From contig CAYSDX010000002.1 of the NCBI GenBank assembly GCA_964429945.1, positions 10,154-74,153 of the forward strand: a stretch of DNA of 64,000 nucleotides, read 5' to 3'. Position 1 is the stretch's first letter. Every line of letters starts with the position of its first letter. Below, one piece after another: positions 1 to 9,514 of this stretch. The DNA is from an uncultured Spirochaetia bacterium. GTDB lineage: Bacteria; Desulfobacterota_D; UBA1144; Nemesobacterales; Nemesobacteraceae. The notes under the pieces were generated by a model that searched no databases, had not been told where the DNA came from, and worked only from the letters and a program-made list of their open reading frames with translations. The position numbers were made by a program, and so were the translations under genes.

Positions 1-245
1 AAGCGATGGTAAAGGCCGAGGAGGAGATAAAGAAAAGCCTCGCCATAATCAACTCCATGACCGCGCCCGAAAGAAGAAACCACACGATCCTAAATGGCAG
101 CCGCAGAAAAAGAATTGCGAAAGGGAGCGGAACCACCGTGCCTGACGTGAACCGCATGATAAAAAACTACATACAAATGCGAAACATGATGAAAAACATG
201 GGGAAAATGGGTAGACTAGCAAAGAGAATGACGAAATTCAGATAA
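1..245 (+). CDS. ffh: Signal recognition particle protein Ffh, C-terminal fragment (5' end outside window)
   Basis: ORF is open to the window edge. The tail [43 protein letters not shown] is the conserved Ffh M-domain C-terminus. It heads the classic ffh-rpsP-rimM-trmD-rplS string. Confidence 0.85.
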   Translation, partial: AMVKAEEEIKKSLAIINSMTAPERRNHTILNGSRRKRIAKGSGTTVPDVNRMIKNYIQMRNMMKNMGKMGRLAKRMTKFR

Positions 246-288
246 CGGGAGCATGCCTTTGGCCCCGGATCTAGGAGGTAGCAGCAGT

Positions 289-522
289 TTGGTCAAGATA
301 AGATTGAGCAGGATAGGATCCAAGAAGAAACCGTTCTACAGGATAGTCGCCGCGGATGTGCGTTCCCCGCGCGACGGGAAGTTTCTTGAAATACTGGGAC
401 ATTACGATCCGAGAAAAAAACCCCACGAATTGAAGATAGACATAGAGAGAGTACAGGCATGGATGGATAACGGTGCCAAGGCAACCAACAGGGTGAGCAA
501 GCTCATATCTCAGGTTACGTAG
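289..522 (+). CDS. rpsP: 30S ribosomal protein S16
   Basis: ORF 253-522 contains [33 protein letters not shown]. An in-frame TTG at 289 lies 9 nt after AGGAGG (274-279), so the start is probably 289 rather than 253. Confidence 0.9.
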   Translation: MVKIRLSRIGSKKKPFYRIVAADVRSPRDGKFLEILGHYDPRKKPHELKIDIERVQAWMDNGAKATNRVSKLISQVT

Positions 523-584
523 CACTTTTTCTTCCACGCGAAAGTTCAGGCAGATAGATTTTAGTTTCAGGAGGGAAGCTCCTT

Positions 585-824
585 ATGAGTCAACTCAGAG
601 AGTTCGTCGAATTCATGGCCAAGTCCATTGTCGACAACCCTGAAGAGGTTCAGGTTACGGAAGTAGCGGGTGAGAAGACTACGGTTATTGAGCTTAGGGT
701 GGCCTCAGAAGATCTGGGAAAGGTAATCGGAAAACAGGGAAGAACAGCAAAGGCGATTCGCAGCATACTGAGTGCCTCGGCCGCGAAAATAAAAAAACGC
801 GCCGTCTTGGAGATTCTTGAGTAG
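585..824 (+). CDS. KH-domain RNA-binding protein (YlqC/UPF0109 family)
   Basis: 79 aa with a KH GxxG loop ([18 protein letters not shown]). GGAGG lies upstream. It occupies the conserved slot between rpsP and rimM. Confidence 0.85.
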   Translation: MSQLREFVEFMAKSIVDNPEEVQVTEVAGEKTTVIELRVASEDLGKVIGKQGRTAKAIRSILSASAAKIKKRAVLEILE

Positions 825-826
825 CA

Positions 827-1360
827 TTGCCGGAAAGTGCGAAACAAAGTCTTGTTCTCTACGGGAGGATAACAAAAAGACACGGCCTTTCCGGTGAAGT
901 AAAAATGTTCGCCTTCGGCGGACGTCCTGAAACCCTGTCCAGGGTGAAGAAAGTCTATATGGAAGTTCCCGACCAGGCAGAACCCCGGAAATTCATCCTG
1001 TCCCGGGTAAGAACCCATAAAAACACCGCGATTTTGAAATTAAAGGGCGTTGATACGCCCGAGGCCGCTGACGGGCTGAGGGATCTCAACGTGCTGGTGG
1101 AAAGAGATGATCTGCAGCCCCCCGGAGAGGACGAATATTACTGGTCTGATCTCATTGGGCTTCAGGTTTGTACCTCCCACGGAGAGACTATCGGCGAGGT
1201 AAGGGATCTCATAGATTCGGGCGGACACGATATTCTAGTGATAAAAAGTTCAGGGCGTGGGCGGGAATTTCTGGTTCCGTTTGTTAAAAAATTCGTGACT
1301 GCGGTTGATCTTGACGGTTCTGTGATTACCGTGGAGCCGGTAGAGGGGCTCTTCGAGTAG
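827..1360 (+). CDS. rimM: 16S rRNA processing protein RimM
   Basis: 177 aa with a TTG start. RimM-like N-terminus (GRITKRHGLSGEVKMF) and a PRC-barrel-like C-terminal half. Operon position is conserved. Confidence 0.85.
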   Translation: MPESAKQSLVLYGRITKRHGLSGEVKMFAFGGRPETLSRVKKVYMEVPDQAEPRKFILSRVRTHKNTAILKLKGVDTPEAADGLRDLNVLVERDDLQPPGEDEYYWSDLIGLQVCTSHGETIGEVRDLIDSGGHDILVIKSSGRGREFLVPFVKKFVTAVDLDGSVITVEPVEGLFE

Positions 1361-1375
1361 CCTCGTGACTTTGCC

Positions 1376-2674
1376 ATGAAGTTTGACATAGTGACAATTT
1401 TCCCGGATTTTTTCGAATCCGTTTTCTCCTTCGGAGTGATAAGCAGGGCGGTTGAGAACAAGACGGTTGAGATAAACGTCCACGACCTCAGGACTTACTC
1501 TCCTGCCAAGCACGGGAAAACGGATGACACCCCCTACGGAGGGGGAAGCGGAATGCTTATGACCCCGGGGCCGATAGGAAACGCAATCAACAGTATAAGG
1601 GAGAAAGGTCTGCGTTCCGCGGTGATTCTCACGACCCCCAAAGGGGAGGAATTTAACGACCGCAAGGCGCAGGAACTCTGCGGCTTTGAGCAACTGATAA
1701 TACTCTGCGGTCGGTACGAAGGGGTGGACGACAGGGTAAACGAGCTTTATGTCGACATGAAGATATCCACTGGGAAATATATAAATTCCGGTGGAGAATA
1801 CGCCTGTTCCCTGATAGTGGATGCCGTATCGAGATATCTTCCCGGAGTTCTCGGAAACACGGAGTCTCTTGCCTCCGAATCTCTTAAAGACGGGCTTCTT
1901 GAGTACCCTCAGTACACGAAGCCGCGAACGTACAGTGGGAAGAAGGTTCCCGAGGTGCTTATTTCCGGAGACCACGAAAAAATAATGAAATGGAGAAGGC
2001 GGGAAAGCATAAAAAGCACTTTCATTCAAAACCCCGCTTCTCTTGACGACGCGCAACTCTCCAAAGAAGAGGACGCCTTTTTGAAGGAGCTTAAGGCTGA
2101 GAGTGCTGCCGGTTTTAAGGTTTATATAGCGCTTGTTCATTATCCGGTGTACAATAGCCGCCTCGAAGTCGTCTCAACTGCTTTTAAAAGCATAGACGCG
2201 CACGACATATCAAGGGACGCCACCACGTACGGGGTGAGAAAGTTCTATCTGATAAACCCCGTGGAGGAGCAACGCCACCTCGCCGGGAGGCTCGTTGATC
2301 ACTGGATTGAGGGAGAGGGAAAGAATTTTAACGAGACTAAAAGCAAGGCCTTCGGCATTATAAGCATAATAAGCACGATCGAGGAGGCCATAGGGCAAAT
2401 AGAGGAAATAGAGGGGAAAAAACCAAAGATCGTGGCCACAGACGCCCGCTTTTCAGACGACATGACGGGCTACCGGACTCTTCGGGAGAAAATATTTGAA
2501 AACGAAGAACCGTTTCTGATTCTTTTCGGTACGGGATCGGGACTCACCCTTGAGACGATAAAAGCGGCCGACTACGTCCTTAGGCCCATAAGCGGTTACA
2601 GCGAATTTAACCATCTTTCAGTAAGAAGCGCGGCCGCCATAGTGCTTGACAGGCTGCTTTCCTGCGGGGCCTGA
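1376..2674 (+). CDS. trmD: tRNA (guanine37-N1)-methyltransferase TrmD fused to a second SPOUT-like domain (TM1570/PF09936-type)
   Basis: 432 aa. Residues 1 to about 245 are TrmD (MKFDIVTIFPDFF, DDTPYGGGSGML, ILCGRYEGVDDRV, LEYPQYTKP). Residues about 247-432 (nt about 2114-2674; VYIALVHYPVYN, IDAHDISRDATTYGV, FLILFGTGSGL) resemble the stand-alone SPOUT protein found beside trmD in Thermotoga. That second assignment is from memory. Confidence 0.85.
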   Translation: MKFDIVTIFPDFFESVFSFGVISRAVENKTVEINVHDLRTYSPAKHGKTDDTPYGGGSGMLMTPGPIGNAINSIREKGLRSAVILTTPKGEEFNDRKAQELCGFEQLIILCGRYEGVDDRVNELYVDMKISTGKYINSGGEYACSLIVDAVSRYLPGVLGNTESLASESLKDGLLEYPQYTKPRTYSGKKVPEVLISGDHEKIMKWRRRESIKSTFIQNPASLDDAQLSKEEDAFLKELKAESAAGFKVYIALVHYPVYNSRLEVVSTAFKSIDAHDISRDATTYGVRKFYLINPVEEQRHLAGRLVDHWIEGEGKNFNETKSKAFGIISIISTIEEAIGQIEEIEGKKPKIVATDARFSDDMTGYRTLREKIFENEEPFLILFGTGSGLTLETIKAADYVLRPISGYSEFNHLSVRSAAAIVLDRLLSCGA

Positions 2675-2748
2675 TCCGCTCAGACCGGGTGGGGTAGACG
2701 TTTCAGAAAACCTTTTTGGTTAGCCGAGGAAAAAGCCTCTTTAATATT

Positions 2749-2777
2749 TTGACAACATCCGAGAGGTTCTGTATATT
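2749..2777 (+). promoter_or_regulatory. Sigma70-type promoter upstream of rplS (TTGACA-17 nt-TATATT)
   Basis: TTGACA at 2749-2754, a 17-nt spacer, then TATATT at 2772-2777, about 30 nt upstream of the rplS ATG. Confidence 0.5.
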
Positions 2778-2806
2778 CAACATCCCGCGAAAAGGAAGAT
2801 TAAGAA

Positions 2807-3151
2807 ATGGGAATCATAGCAGAAGTTGAAAAAAAGCATCTCAGAACCGACCTGCCGGAGTTTCGTGCCGGAGACACCGTATCGGTCCACTACAACATTA
2901 AGGAAGGCGAGAGGAGAAGGATCCAGGTTTTTGAAGGCACCGTGATAGCCAAAAAAGGCTCAGGCTTCAGAGAGACCTTTACGGTAAGAAAGGTTTCCTA
3001 CGGTATCGGCGTTGAAAGGATCTTTCCCTTGCATTCCCCTCTTATAGGGAAAATAGAGGTAAAAAGAAAAGGCCGAGTGAGAAGAGCCAAGCTTTACTAC
3101 CTAAGAGGCCTTTCAAAGAAAGCTAGCAGGATAAGGGAGAGAAGCTCCTAA
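2807..3151 (+). CDS. rplS: 50S ribosomal protein L19
   Basis: 114 aa with [33 protein letters not shown] and [18 protein letters not shown], typical of L19. Confidence 0.95.
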   Translation: MGIIAEVEKKHLRTDLPEFRAGDTVSVHYNIKEGERRRIQVFEGTVIAKKGSGFRETFTVRKVSYGIGVERIFPLHSPLIGKIEVKRKGRVRRAKLYYLRGLSKKASRIRERSS

Positions 3152-3888
3152 CCTACTGCTCCGGTTCCGTCCGTTCCGCCGTTCCCGGTTTCCTCTATCT
3201 TCTTCATTACATGAGTCATTCTCTGTATTGAAGTGTAAAAGGAAAAGATGCAGAGGATGATGATAGAGAATTTCAGCAGGTAATTCCTGTTTCCTAACCC
3301 TAGAAGGAAAGTAACTATGTTGCCAAGGAAGTTAAACGCCGCGAGAACCCCTAGATAGACCATCCTCTCGGTTCTCTGCATTATTCCTACCTCGCATTCA
3401 ATTCCGAGTCCTTCTGCCCTGGCTTTCGTGTAACTGACCATCATGGAACAGCTGGCTATCAGGAAAACGATGTAAACAAAGAAAGTGTCTCTGAAAAAGC
3501 TCAGAAGGCCCAAGTAGATGAGAACTTCTGAGTACCTGTCCACGCAGGAGTCAAAGAAAGCTCCCTTGGGTGAATTGAGACCTTGTGCCCGCGCTACTCT
3601 GCCGTCGAAAATGTCAAAAGTTGAGCCGGCCAGCAGCAGCACCCCGGCTACGAAAATCATGCCCAGATGGAAAAAATAACCCGCAAGGGCGGAAACCACC
3701 AGCGTGGTGATAGTGAGTACGTTGGGGAGGAACTTTCTGTCTATAAGAAAGTCTTCTATGGGGTTCATTAGAAGGACCCACCAGGACTTGACCCCGCCCG
3801 AGAGAAGCTTGGAAGACTCCGGTTTTCTTCCTGTTTTCGATCTTTCGTCAGTTTCCCCGGAGTTAGCCGGTGTCCATTCGTTTTCCAT
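3148..3888 (-). CDS. CDP-alcohol phosphatidyltransferase family protein (PgsA-like)
   Basis: Carries the DG-x2-AR-x8-G-x3-D-x3-D motif ([23 protein letters not shown]) and several TM segments. The real start may be the internal MNPIED (about 3768). Confidence 0.8.
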   Translation of the reverse strand: MENEWTPANSGETDERSKTGRKPESSKLLSGGVKSWWVLLMNPIEDFLIDRKFLPNVLTITTLVVSALAGYFFHLGMIFVAGVLLLAGSTFDIFDGRVARAQGLNSPKGAFFDSCVDRYSEVLIYLGLLSFFRDTFFVYIVFLIASCSMMVSYTKARAEGLGIECEVGIMQRTERMVYLGVLAAFNFLGNIVTFLLGLGNRNYLLKFSIIILCIFSFYTSIQRMTHVMKKIEETGNGGTDGTGAVG

Positions 3889-3962
3889 GAAAACAAATAA
3901 TACCCTGTAATTTCCCCTGTAGTCTATCTGTTGGCAGGCGGTATACGGCTGTGCTACGCAGT

Positions 3963-4484
3963 TCAGTCGTTAATGGTTACGTAGAACTTGAAGTCTCTTT
4001 CCTTCTCTTTTATCTCGTTGCCAAATTCCTGCGCCTGCTCTTTGGATTGAAAGGTTCCTATCCTCACCCTGTAAAAAGTGGTGATTTCAGAAGGCGAGTA
4101 TTCTCTTATAAAAGCTGGATATCCCTTGTCTTTGTAAAACCTTATGGTGCGGTTGGCGACTTTTTTGCTCAGGAAGGAACTGACCTGAATAGTATATTTG
4201 TGGTCGGGATTGATCATCGCCGACAGGTACTCATCGCGGGCAGATGTTCCCGAGGGTGAATCGACCAGTTTTCCCGCTTCGCCGCTCGGCAGTTTCCCTC
4301 GCGACCCGAACGAAAACAGCTTTTCCAGCAGGCCGGGGGATTTCTCCGCTGAAACCGGCCCGTCTGGGGGTATGAACTTCTTCCCCACTACGACTCCCAG
4401 GGAAAACACCATTGTAAAGACAACGAGAAAAACCAGAGACAGGTGCAGCACCCTGGGATCTTTTTCTTTTTTTTCTTCAGTCAT
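3963..4484 (-). CDS. SPOR domain-containing protein (septal peptidoglycan binding)
   Basis: N-terminal TM segment plus a C-terminal SPOR-like repeat (YTIQVSSFLSKKVANRTIRFYKDKGYPAFI..YRVRIGTFQSKEQAQEF). Confidence 0.75.
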   Translation of the reverse strand: MTEEKKEKDPRVLHLSLVFLVVFTMVFSLGVVVGKKFIPPDGPVSAEKSPGLLEKLFSFGSRGKLPSGEAGKLVDSPSGTSARDEYLSAMINPDHKYTIQVSSFLSKKVANRTIRFYKDKGYPAFIREYSPSEITTFYRVRIGTFQSKEQAQEFGNEIKEKERDFKFYVTIND

Positions 4485-4487
4485 TTC

Positions 4488-6161
4488 TTACATGCTTCGA
4501 GGAGCGGTTATTCCTAAGAGCCCGAGACCGTTTTCTATAACTACCTGTACGCAGCGAGCGAGATAAAGCCTCGCGGAAGCTGTATCGGCATTCTCTGAAT
4601 CCAGTATCCTCGTTTTATTGTAATAAAAATGAAACTCAGCTGCCAATTCTTGGAGATAATAGACTACCTTGTGAGGAGAAAGAGAATCAGCTGCCGAGCG
4701 TACTACCTCGGGAAACCTGAGAAGTATCTTCACTATGTTTCGTTCCTCATCGTCTGAGAGGAGGTCAAGATGTTCCTCAGAAGCGCTCACTCCAGCTTCA
4801 GCCGAGTTTCTCATCAGGCTTGAGATTCTTGCGTTTGCGTACTGAACGTAGTAAACGGGATTTTCGCTCGATTCCTTTTTTGCCAGGGAAAGATCAAAAT
4901 CAAGGTGGCTGTCCGAACTTCTCATCAGCAAAAAGAATCTAGTGGCGTCACATCCGACTTCGCGAAGCACTTCGCGAAGCGTGACGAAATCACCGGCTCT
5001 TTTCGACATCGGGACTTCCACGCCGTCCCTTACAAGTCTGACAAACTGCATGAGAAGCACATGCAGAGAGAATTCGTCCAGACCGAGAGCCTTCATGGAT
5101 GACTTAAGACGCGAGACGTGACTGTGGTGATCGGCCCCCCAGACGTTTATAAGCCTGGAAAAGCCCCTTGAATATTTATCCACGTGATAGGCTATGTCGG
5201 AGAGAAAGTAAGTCGGAGTACCGTCTTTTTTTATTATTACCCAGTCCTTGCCGTCCCCGTAGAGGGATGTCTTAAACCAGAGCGCATCCTCTTTTTCCTC
5301 AACTACGTCAAGATCCCGAAGTCTGGCAAGAGTCTTGTCGATTTTCCCCTCTTCCGAGCCGCGACCGTGTATTTTAGCCCTCTCGCTGTACCAGTTGTCA
5401 AAATCCACCCTCAGGTCAAGAAGGTCCGTTTTTATTTCCCCAAGCAGTTTTGAGTAGGCAAATTCTTTACAGAACTCGATGGCAACCGATTCATCCCCGG
5501 GCACCTGCGGACATTTGTCCGACACCTTTATCTCTTCGGCAAGCTGGGATACGTACTCGCCGCGATAACCGTCTTCAGGAATCTCTCTTGCGAGTCCGAA
5601 TAATCGCGCGAGAGCCGAGTACACCGACTCGCCGAGCATATCCATCTGCCTTCCCGCGTCGTTTACGTAAAACTCTCTTGTTACCTCGTATCCGCGAAAG
5701 GAAAGTATCCTGCACACTGAATCTCCGACAACGGCATTTCGCGCGTGACCGAAATGAAGGTAGCCCGTGGGATTGGCGCTTACGAACTCGACTATTACCT
5801 TTTGGCCGGAACCCTCTCTGGAGGCTCCGTATCGCTCACCGAGACGAAGGATCTCAAGAAGAGCGGATTCAAACAAGGTTTCATTGACGAAGAAGTTGAT
5901 AAATCCCGGTCCCGCTATATCGAGCCTTTCTATGAAACCGCACTGGCTCCGCTCTATGGCCTCGACTATCTGTTGCGCGACTTTGCGCGGATTTTCGCCC
6001 GTCATGCTTCCTATGATGAGCGCCGCGTTTGTGGAGAAATCGCCGAATTCCTTTTTTTTCGGAACCGACACCTCAAACTCCGCCTTATCACCCGGCGGGA
6101 TTCCAGGGAACTCAAGCAAATCCACGGATTCTTTTATGACTTTCAGTATTTCGTCTTTCAT
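4488..6161 (-). CDS. argS: Arginine--tRNA ligase
   Basis: 557 aa with SANPTGYLHFGHARNAVVGD (HIGH region), FYVNDAGRQM and MSKRAG (KMSK-like). Ends in ...RSM as ArgRS typically does. Confidence 0.95.
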   Translation of the reverse strand: MKDEILKVIKESVDLLEFPGIPPGDKAEFEVSVPKKKEFGDFSTNAALIIGSMTGENPRKVAQQIVEAIERSQCGFIERLDIAGPGFINFFVNETLFESALLEILRLGERYGASREGSGQKVIVEFVSANPTGYLHFGHARNAVVGDSVCRILSFRGYEVTREFYVNDAGRQMDMLGESVYSALARLFGLAREIPEDGYRGEYVSQLAEEIKVSDKCPQVPGDESVAIEFCKEFAYSKLLGEIKTDLLDLRVDFDNWYSERAKIHGRGSEEGKIDKTLARLRDLDVVEEKEDALWFKTSLYGDGKDWVIIKKDGTPTYFLSDIAYHVDKYSRGFSRLINVWGADHHSHVSRLKSSMKALGLDEFSLHVLLMQFVRLVRDGVEVPMSKRAGDFVTLREVLREVGCDATRFFLLMRSSDSHLDFDLSLAKKESSENPVYYVQYANARISSLMRNSAEAGVSASEEHLDLLSDDEERNIVKILLRFPEVVRSAADSLSPHKVVYYLQELAAEFHFYYNKTRILDSENADTASARLYLARCVQVVIENGLGLLGITAPRSM

Positions 6162-6179
6162 TAACTTCCTCGTCCCGGC

Positions 6180-6794
6180 TTATTCATCGGGAGAGTTCAG
6201 GTGATCAATATCGTTAAGGGATATTATAACGAACCTGTCGTTGTATATTTCAATGACGGTTTTTGAGGCTTCGTCCACTATGTAATCGCGTAGTTTCTTA
6301 AGGGGGCTTCCGGTAAAACTGCAGAGCAGCGTACCTATAACCATATTGTGGCTTACGACCACTATGTTCTGCGATCCGAAACGGCTTCTGATATCAGCTA
6401 TGGCGTCAAGGGCCCTTTGCTGAACGCCGATTAGGGATTCTCCGCCCGGCAACTGCAGGGTTTCGGGGTCGTTGCGCCAGTGCTCAAGCACGTGAGAATA
6501 TTCCTCCTGTATGTGGGAGAAATAAAGTCCTTCGAGAATTCCCTGGTCCATTTCCCGAAGATCGTCTCTGAAATTAACGTCAACAGAGTGATACCCGGCG
6601 ATTTTCTCGGCGGTCACCTTTGCCCTTACGAGGCTGCTTGAGTATATGCGGTCGATCCTCTCGTCTTTAAGGGAGAAAGCCAGTTTCTCGGCCTGCTCAA
6701 TTCCGGAGGAGTTAAGCGGAACGTCACTTATCCCCTGGCATCTTCCGGTTTCATTCCAGTCAGTTTTTCCGTGTCTTACTAGTGTCAGGCGCAT
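6180..6794 (-). CDS. Histidine phosphatase family protein (phosphoglycerate mutase/CobC-like)
   Basis: Has the RHG motif at the N-terminus (MRLTLVRHGKTDWN) and a second catalytic His region (VVVSHNMVIG). Confidence 0.8.
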   Translation of the reverse strand: MRLTLVRHGKTDWNETGRCQGISDVPLNSSGIEQAEKLAFSLKDERIDRIYSSSLVRAKVTAEKIAGYHSVDVNFRDDLREMDQGILEGLYFSHIQEEYSHVLEHWRNDPETLQLPGGESLIGVQQRALDAIADIRSRFGSQNIVVVSHNMVIGTLLCSFTGSPLKKLRDYIVDEASKTVIEIYNDRFVIISLNDIDHLNSPDE

Positions 6795-6800
6795 AATAGC

Positions 6801-7592
6801 TCACTTTTTGGTTTCACAGGAGATTACAAAGAATTCCGATTTTATCCTGTCTCTCAACTCAGTTGGCGGAGCGGGAAACGGCGAAGCGGCGTTTACGGCT
6901 TTTATGCAGTAAGAATCAAACTTCGTGTTTCCAGAACTTCTCTCTATCCCCACATCATATACCTCGCCGTTTTCCTTCATATAAAAATTCACCTGGGCTG
7001 CGAGGAAAGCACTGGAGTCTATGTTAGGGAGCAGAAACAGGTTTTTCTGTATGCGTTTCGATATTGTCCTGTAATAAACGTCAAGCACAAGCGAGATGAT
7101 TCCCGGGCCGGTCTCTTTGGAAGCCGGCTGGACCGATGTTCCTGCTGTTTTCTTGATGGTTTTCAAGACGGATTCCTTCTTTATATTCCTGATTACCTCC
7201 TCTCTCTCCGATTCCAGAGGGCTTTCTTCGGCAGGGGGAGTTTCTTTCCGCATTTCGGGTTCCGTTTTCTCCGCGGTTTTCTCGGTAACCGTTTCCTTGG
7301 GCTTCACTGCAGGTTCTTTTTTCTTCTCGGGGGGTTTTACCTGCGCCGGGGGAGCTTTTTTGACTTTTTTCTTTACGCTTTGCGACGGCTTCTTCGGGCG
7401 GCTGGGTGCCTTCACCTCTGATTTTTTCTTGTTAACGCGCGGAGCGTGGGTTGAAAGCGATACCTCTATTGAATTCTCCGGGGAAATTTTCCCGTGCCCT
7501 CCCACTCCTAAGGCAAGCAGGCAGACTATGAGCAGATGAAGACCCAGAGAAATGAAAAGCCCTTTACGAAATAGATTTTCCTCTCCCTTCAT
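6801..7592 (-). CDS. TonB/TolA-family energy transducer
   Basis: N-terminal TM anchor, a long Lys/Pro/Glu-rich spacer, and a TonB_C-like end (SSGNTKFDSYCIKAVNAASPFPAPP). It lies directly downstream of the TolQ/TolR-like pair. Confidence 0.7.
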   Translation of the reverse strand: MKGEENLFRKGLFISLGLHLLIVCLLALGVGGHGKISPENSIEVSLSTHAPRVNKKKSEVKAPSRPKKPSQSVKKKVKKAPPAQVKPPEKKKEPAVKPKETVTEKTAEKTEPEMRKETPPAEESPLESEREEVIRNIKKESVLKTIKKTAGTSVQPASKETGPGIISLVLDVYYRTISKRIQKNLFLLPNIDSSAFLAAQVNFYMKENGEVYDVGIERSSGNTKFDSYCIKAVNAASPFPAPPTELRDRIKSEFFVISCETKK

Positions 7593-7596
7593 CTTT

Positions 7597-8055
7597 TTAC
7601 ATGTCCGCTTTTTTATCCCTTATGTTTTTTGACTCCGTGACCAGGCTTAGTCTTTGTACTCCGGTTTTTTTTATCTCGTCTATCACCTTTACCACGAATC
7701 CGTATTTGACCGACTTGTCGGCCCTTAGAAAAACCCGCCCGCTATCGGGCGCCGTTCCTTCCGCTTCCATGAGTTTGCCTAGAGCGGCGCCGATCTGGGA
7801 GAGCGGATAAGTCTTGTCTTCGAGAAATATATTTCCGGATCCCGTCAGGGTCACGGTTATTCTTTTCTGGTTTTTCACGGGGATTTTAGAAGACGCTGTC
7901 TGCGGAAGGCTTACCTTGATCCCCTGATAGAGTATGGGAGTGGTAACCATGAAAATGACCAGCAGAACCAGCATCACGTCGACAAAGGGAGTGACGTTTA
8001 TCTCGGAGAGGGGCGACCTGCGTGAACCCGTATTGAATTTTCCCGCTGCTGCCAT
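7597..8055 (-). CDS. ExbD/TolR family biopolymer transport protein
   Basis: 152 aa with INVTPFVDVMLVLLVIFMV, the typical ExbD/TolR N-terminus, and a single TM segment. Confidence 0.85.
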   Translation of the reverse strand: MAAAGKFNTGSRRSPLSEINVTPFVDVMLVLLVIFMVTTPILYQGIKVSLPQTASSKIPVKNQKRITVTLTGSGNIFLEDKTYPLSQIGAALGKLMEAEGTAPDSGRVFLRADKSVKYGFVVKVIDEIKKTGVQRLSLVTESKNIRDKKADM

Positions 8056-8071
8056 GAGGCGAAATTCCCCG

Positions 8072-8788
8072 CTACCTGTTTAGATACCTGTCCGCCGTGT
8101 TGAGAAACCCGGCGCAGAAGTTCTCCATTTCCGCTTCCATCGCTCTTACCTGGCTGACGAAGTAATTGTAGGCCACCGTGGCGGGAATAGCGGCGGCAAG
8201 ACCTATTGCGGTCGCTATAAGAGCCTCCGCGATTCCAGGGGCCACCACCTCAAGCGAGGGGACCCCTTTGCTTCCCGCGAGTCCTATAAAGGAGTTCATG
8301 ATACCCCACACGGTTCCGAACAGCCCTATGAACGGGGCGGAACTGCCGGTGGTGGCAAGAAAGACCAGGGACTTCTCGAGCTTCGAAGCTTCAGCGGTCA
8401 TTGCCCTGTTAAGAGCTCTTTCCACTAGGTCTACGGATTCGGCGCGAGAAGACATGTCTCCATTTTGCTGCGGGTCGTGTTCATCCCGGCTTTTCTTCTT
8501 TTCCGTTTTCACCACTTCCGCGTAGCCCGCCCTGAACAGTTCGGCAACAGGACCACCGACTCTTTCCGAGAAGGAAAGAAGCGCTCTCATGTCTTCGTTT
8601 GAATGGTAGAGGTTGAGAAACGCAGCCGATTTCTTGGAAGAACTTCTTAGAAGACGGAATTTCGTGTAGATAATCGCCCAGGAAAAAACGGACATGAAGA
8701 TTAAAAGTAAAAGCACGGCCTTGACCACAGGTCCGGTGCTTACAAGCAGCATTAATATGTTGTTTGTTCCTTCTGCGAACAAATTCAT
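8072..8788 (-). CDS. MotA/TolQ/ExbB proton-channel protein
   Basis: 238 aa, three TM segments, conserved LATTGSSAPFIGLFGTVWGIM and GIAEALIATAIGL. Confidence 0.85.
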   Translation of the reverse strand: MNLFAEGTNNILMLLVSTGPVVKAVLLLLIFMSVFSWAIIYTKFRLLRSSSKKSAAFLNLYHSNEDMRALLSFSERVGGPVAELFRAGYAEVVKTEKKKSRDEHDPQQNGDMSSRAESVDLVERALNRAMTAEASKLEKSLVFLATTGSSAPFIGLFGTVWGIMNSFIGLAGSKGVPSLEVVAPGIAEALIATAIGLAAAIPATVAYNYFVSQVRAMEAEMENFCAGFLNTADRYLNR

Positions 8789-9043
8789 TAGAGGCGCTTA
8801 AGCGAAATTCGAAGGCTCCAGTTCTGTCGGTAAATCTTTCAAGTCATGTCGCGGGCGACAAGTGGTCGGATAACCCAATGCCGAGCGAAAAGATAGCCGC
8901 CAATAGAAATCGGACGGAAAATCTTAATCCTGATATTATACCCGTTTCGGGGAATTAAACATCCCTTCGCTGTCAGGTACAATTGGAAAACAGAGTCAAG
9001 TTCGCGAACATTCGTCAGTACTGCGCTTAATGGAGGAATCAAG

Positions 9044-9493
9044 GTGTCAAGAAAATATTGTTTCCCGGCCGTTTTTATCCTGATTTTTTTCCTCGCGACC
9101 GCCTCGGCGGTTCGTGCGGAGGAAGACAGGTACACGGTCGTGGTGGAAGAAAGCTTCTATACCGTGGCGCCCGAGAACCGCGAGGAGTTTCTCAGGGTGT
9201 ACAGAACACGTCTTTTTCCTTTCTGGCAGGAAATGAAGAAGATGGGCATTACCGTTGACGATTACAGGATGTATTCACAGAGAATACATACCGTAAAGCC
9301 GCTGTGGACCTACAAGACCGTGGTTAAATTCAAAAACTACGCGGCGATAGACAGGTGGCTTGAGATAAGAGACGAGGTATACAGAAAGCTGTTTCCAGGG
9401 GAGTCCGGGTATAAGGAGCCGAGGAAGATAATAGACGCCGTTTCCGGGAATCACTGGGATGAGTTCATAAGGGAAATCCCGCTTAACCGATAA
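9044..9493 (+). CDS. Hypothetical secreted protein (signal peptide; possible small alpha/beta-barrel fold)
   Basis: GGAGG lies before the GTG start. N-terminal signal peptide (FPAVFILIFFLATASAVRA/EE). I recognise no family. Confidence 0.5.
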   Translation: MSRKYCFPAVFILIFFLATASAVRAEEDRYTVVVEESFYTVAPENREEFLRVYRTRLFPFWQEMKKMGITVDDYRMYSQRIHTVKPLWTYKTVVKFKNYAAIDRWLEIRDEVYRKLFPGESGYKEPRKIIDAVSGNHWDEFIREIPLNR

Positions 9494-9514
9494 TCTTCTG
9501 ATTTTTCGCGCGGA

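Noticed and set aside
3148-3151. Convergent rplS and the CDP-alcohol transferase gene overlap at their stop codons, with no terminator between them.
   Set aside because: It is real in the sequence but is an ordinary feature of compact genomes. No regulatory inference can be supported.
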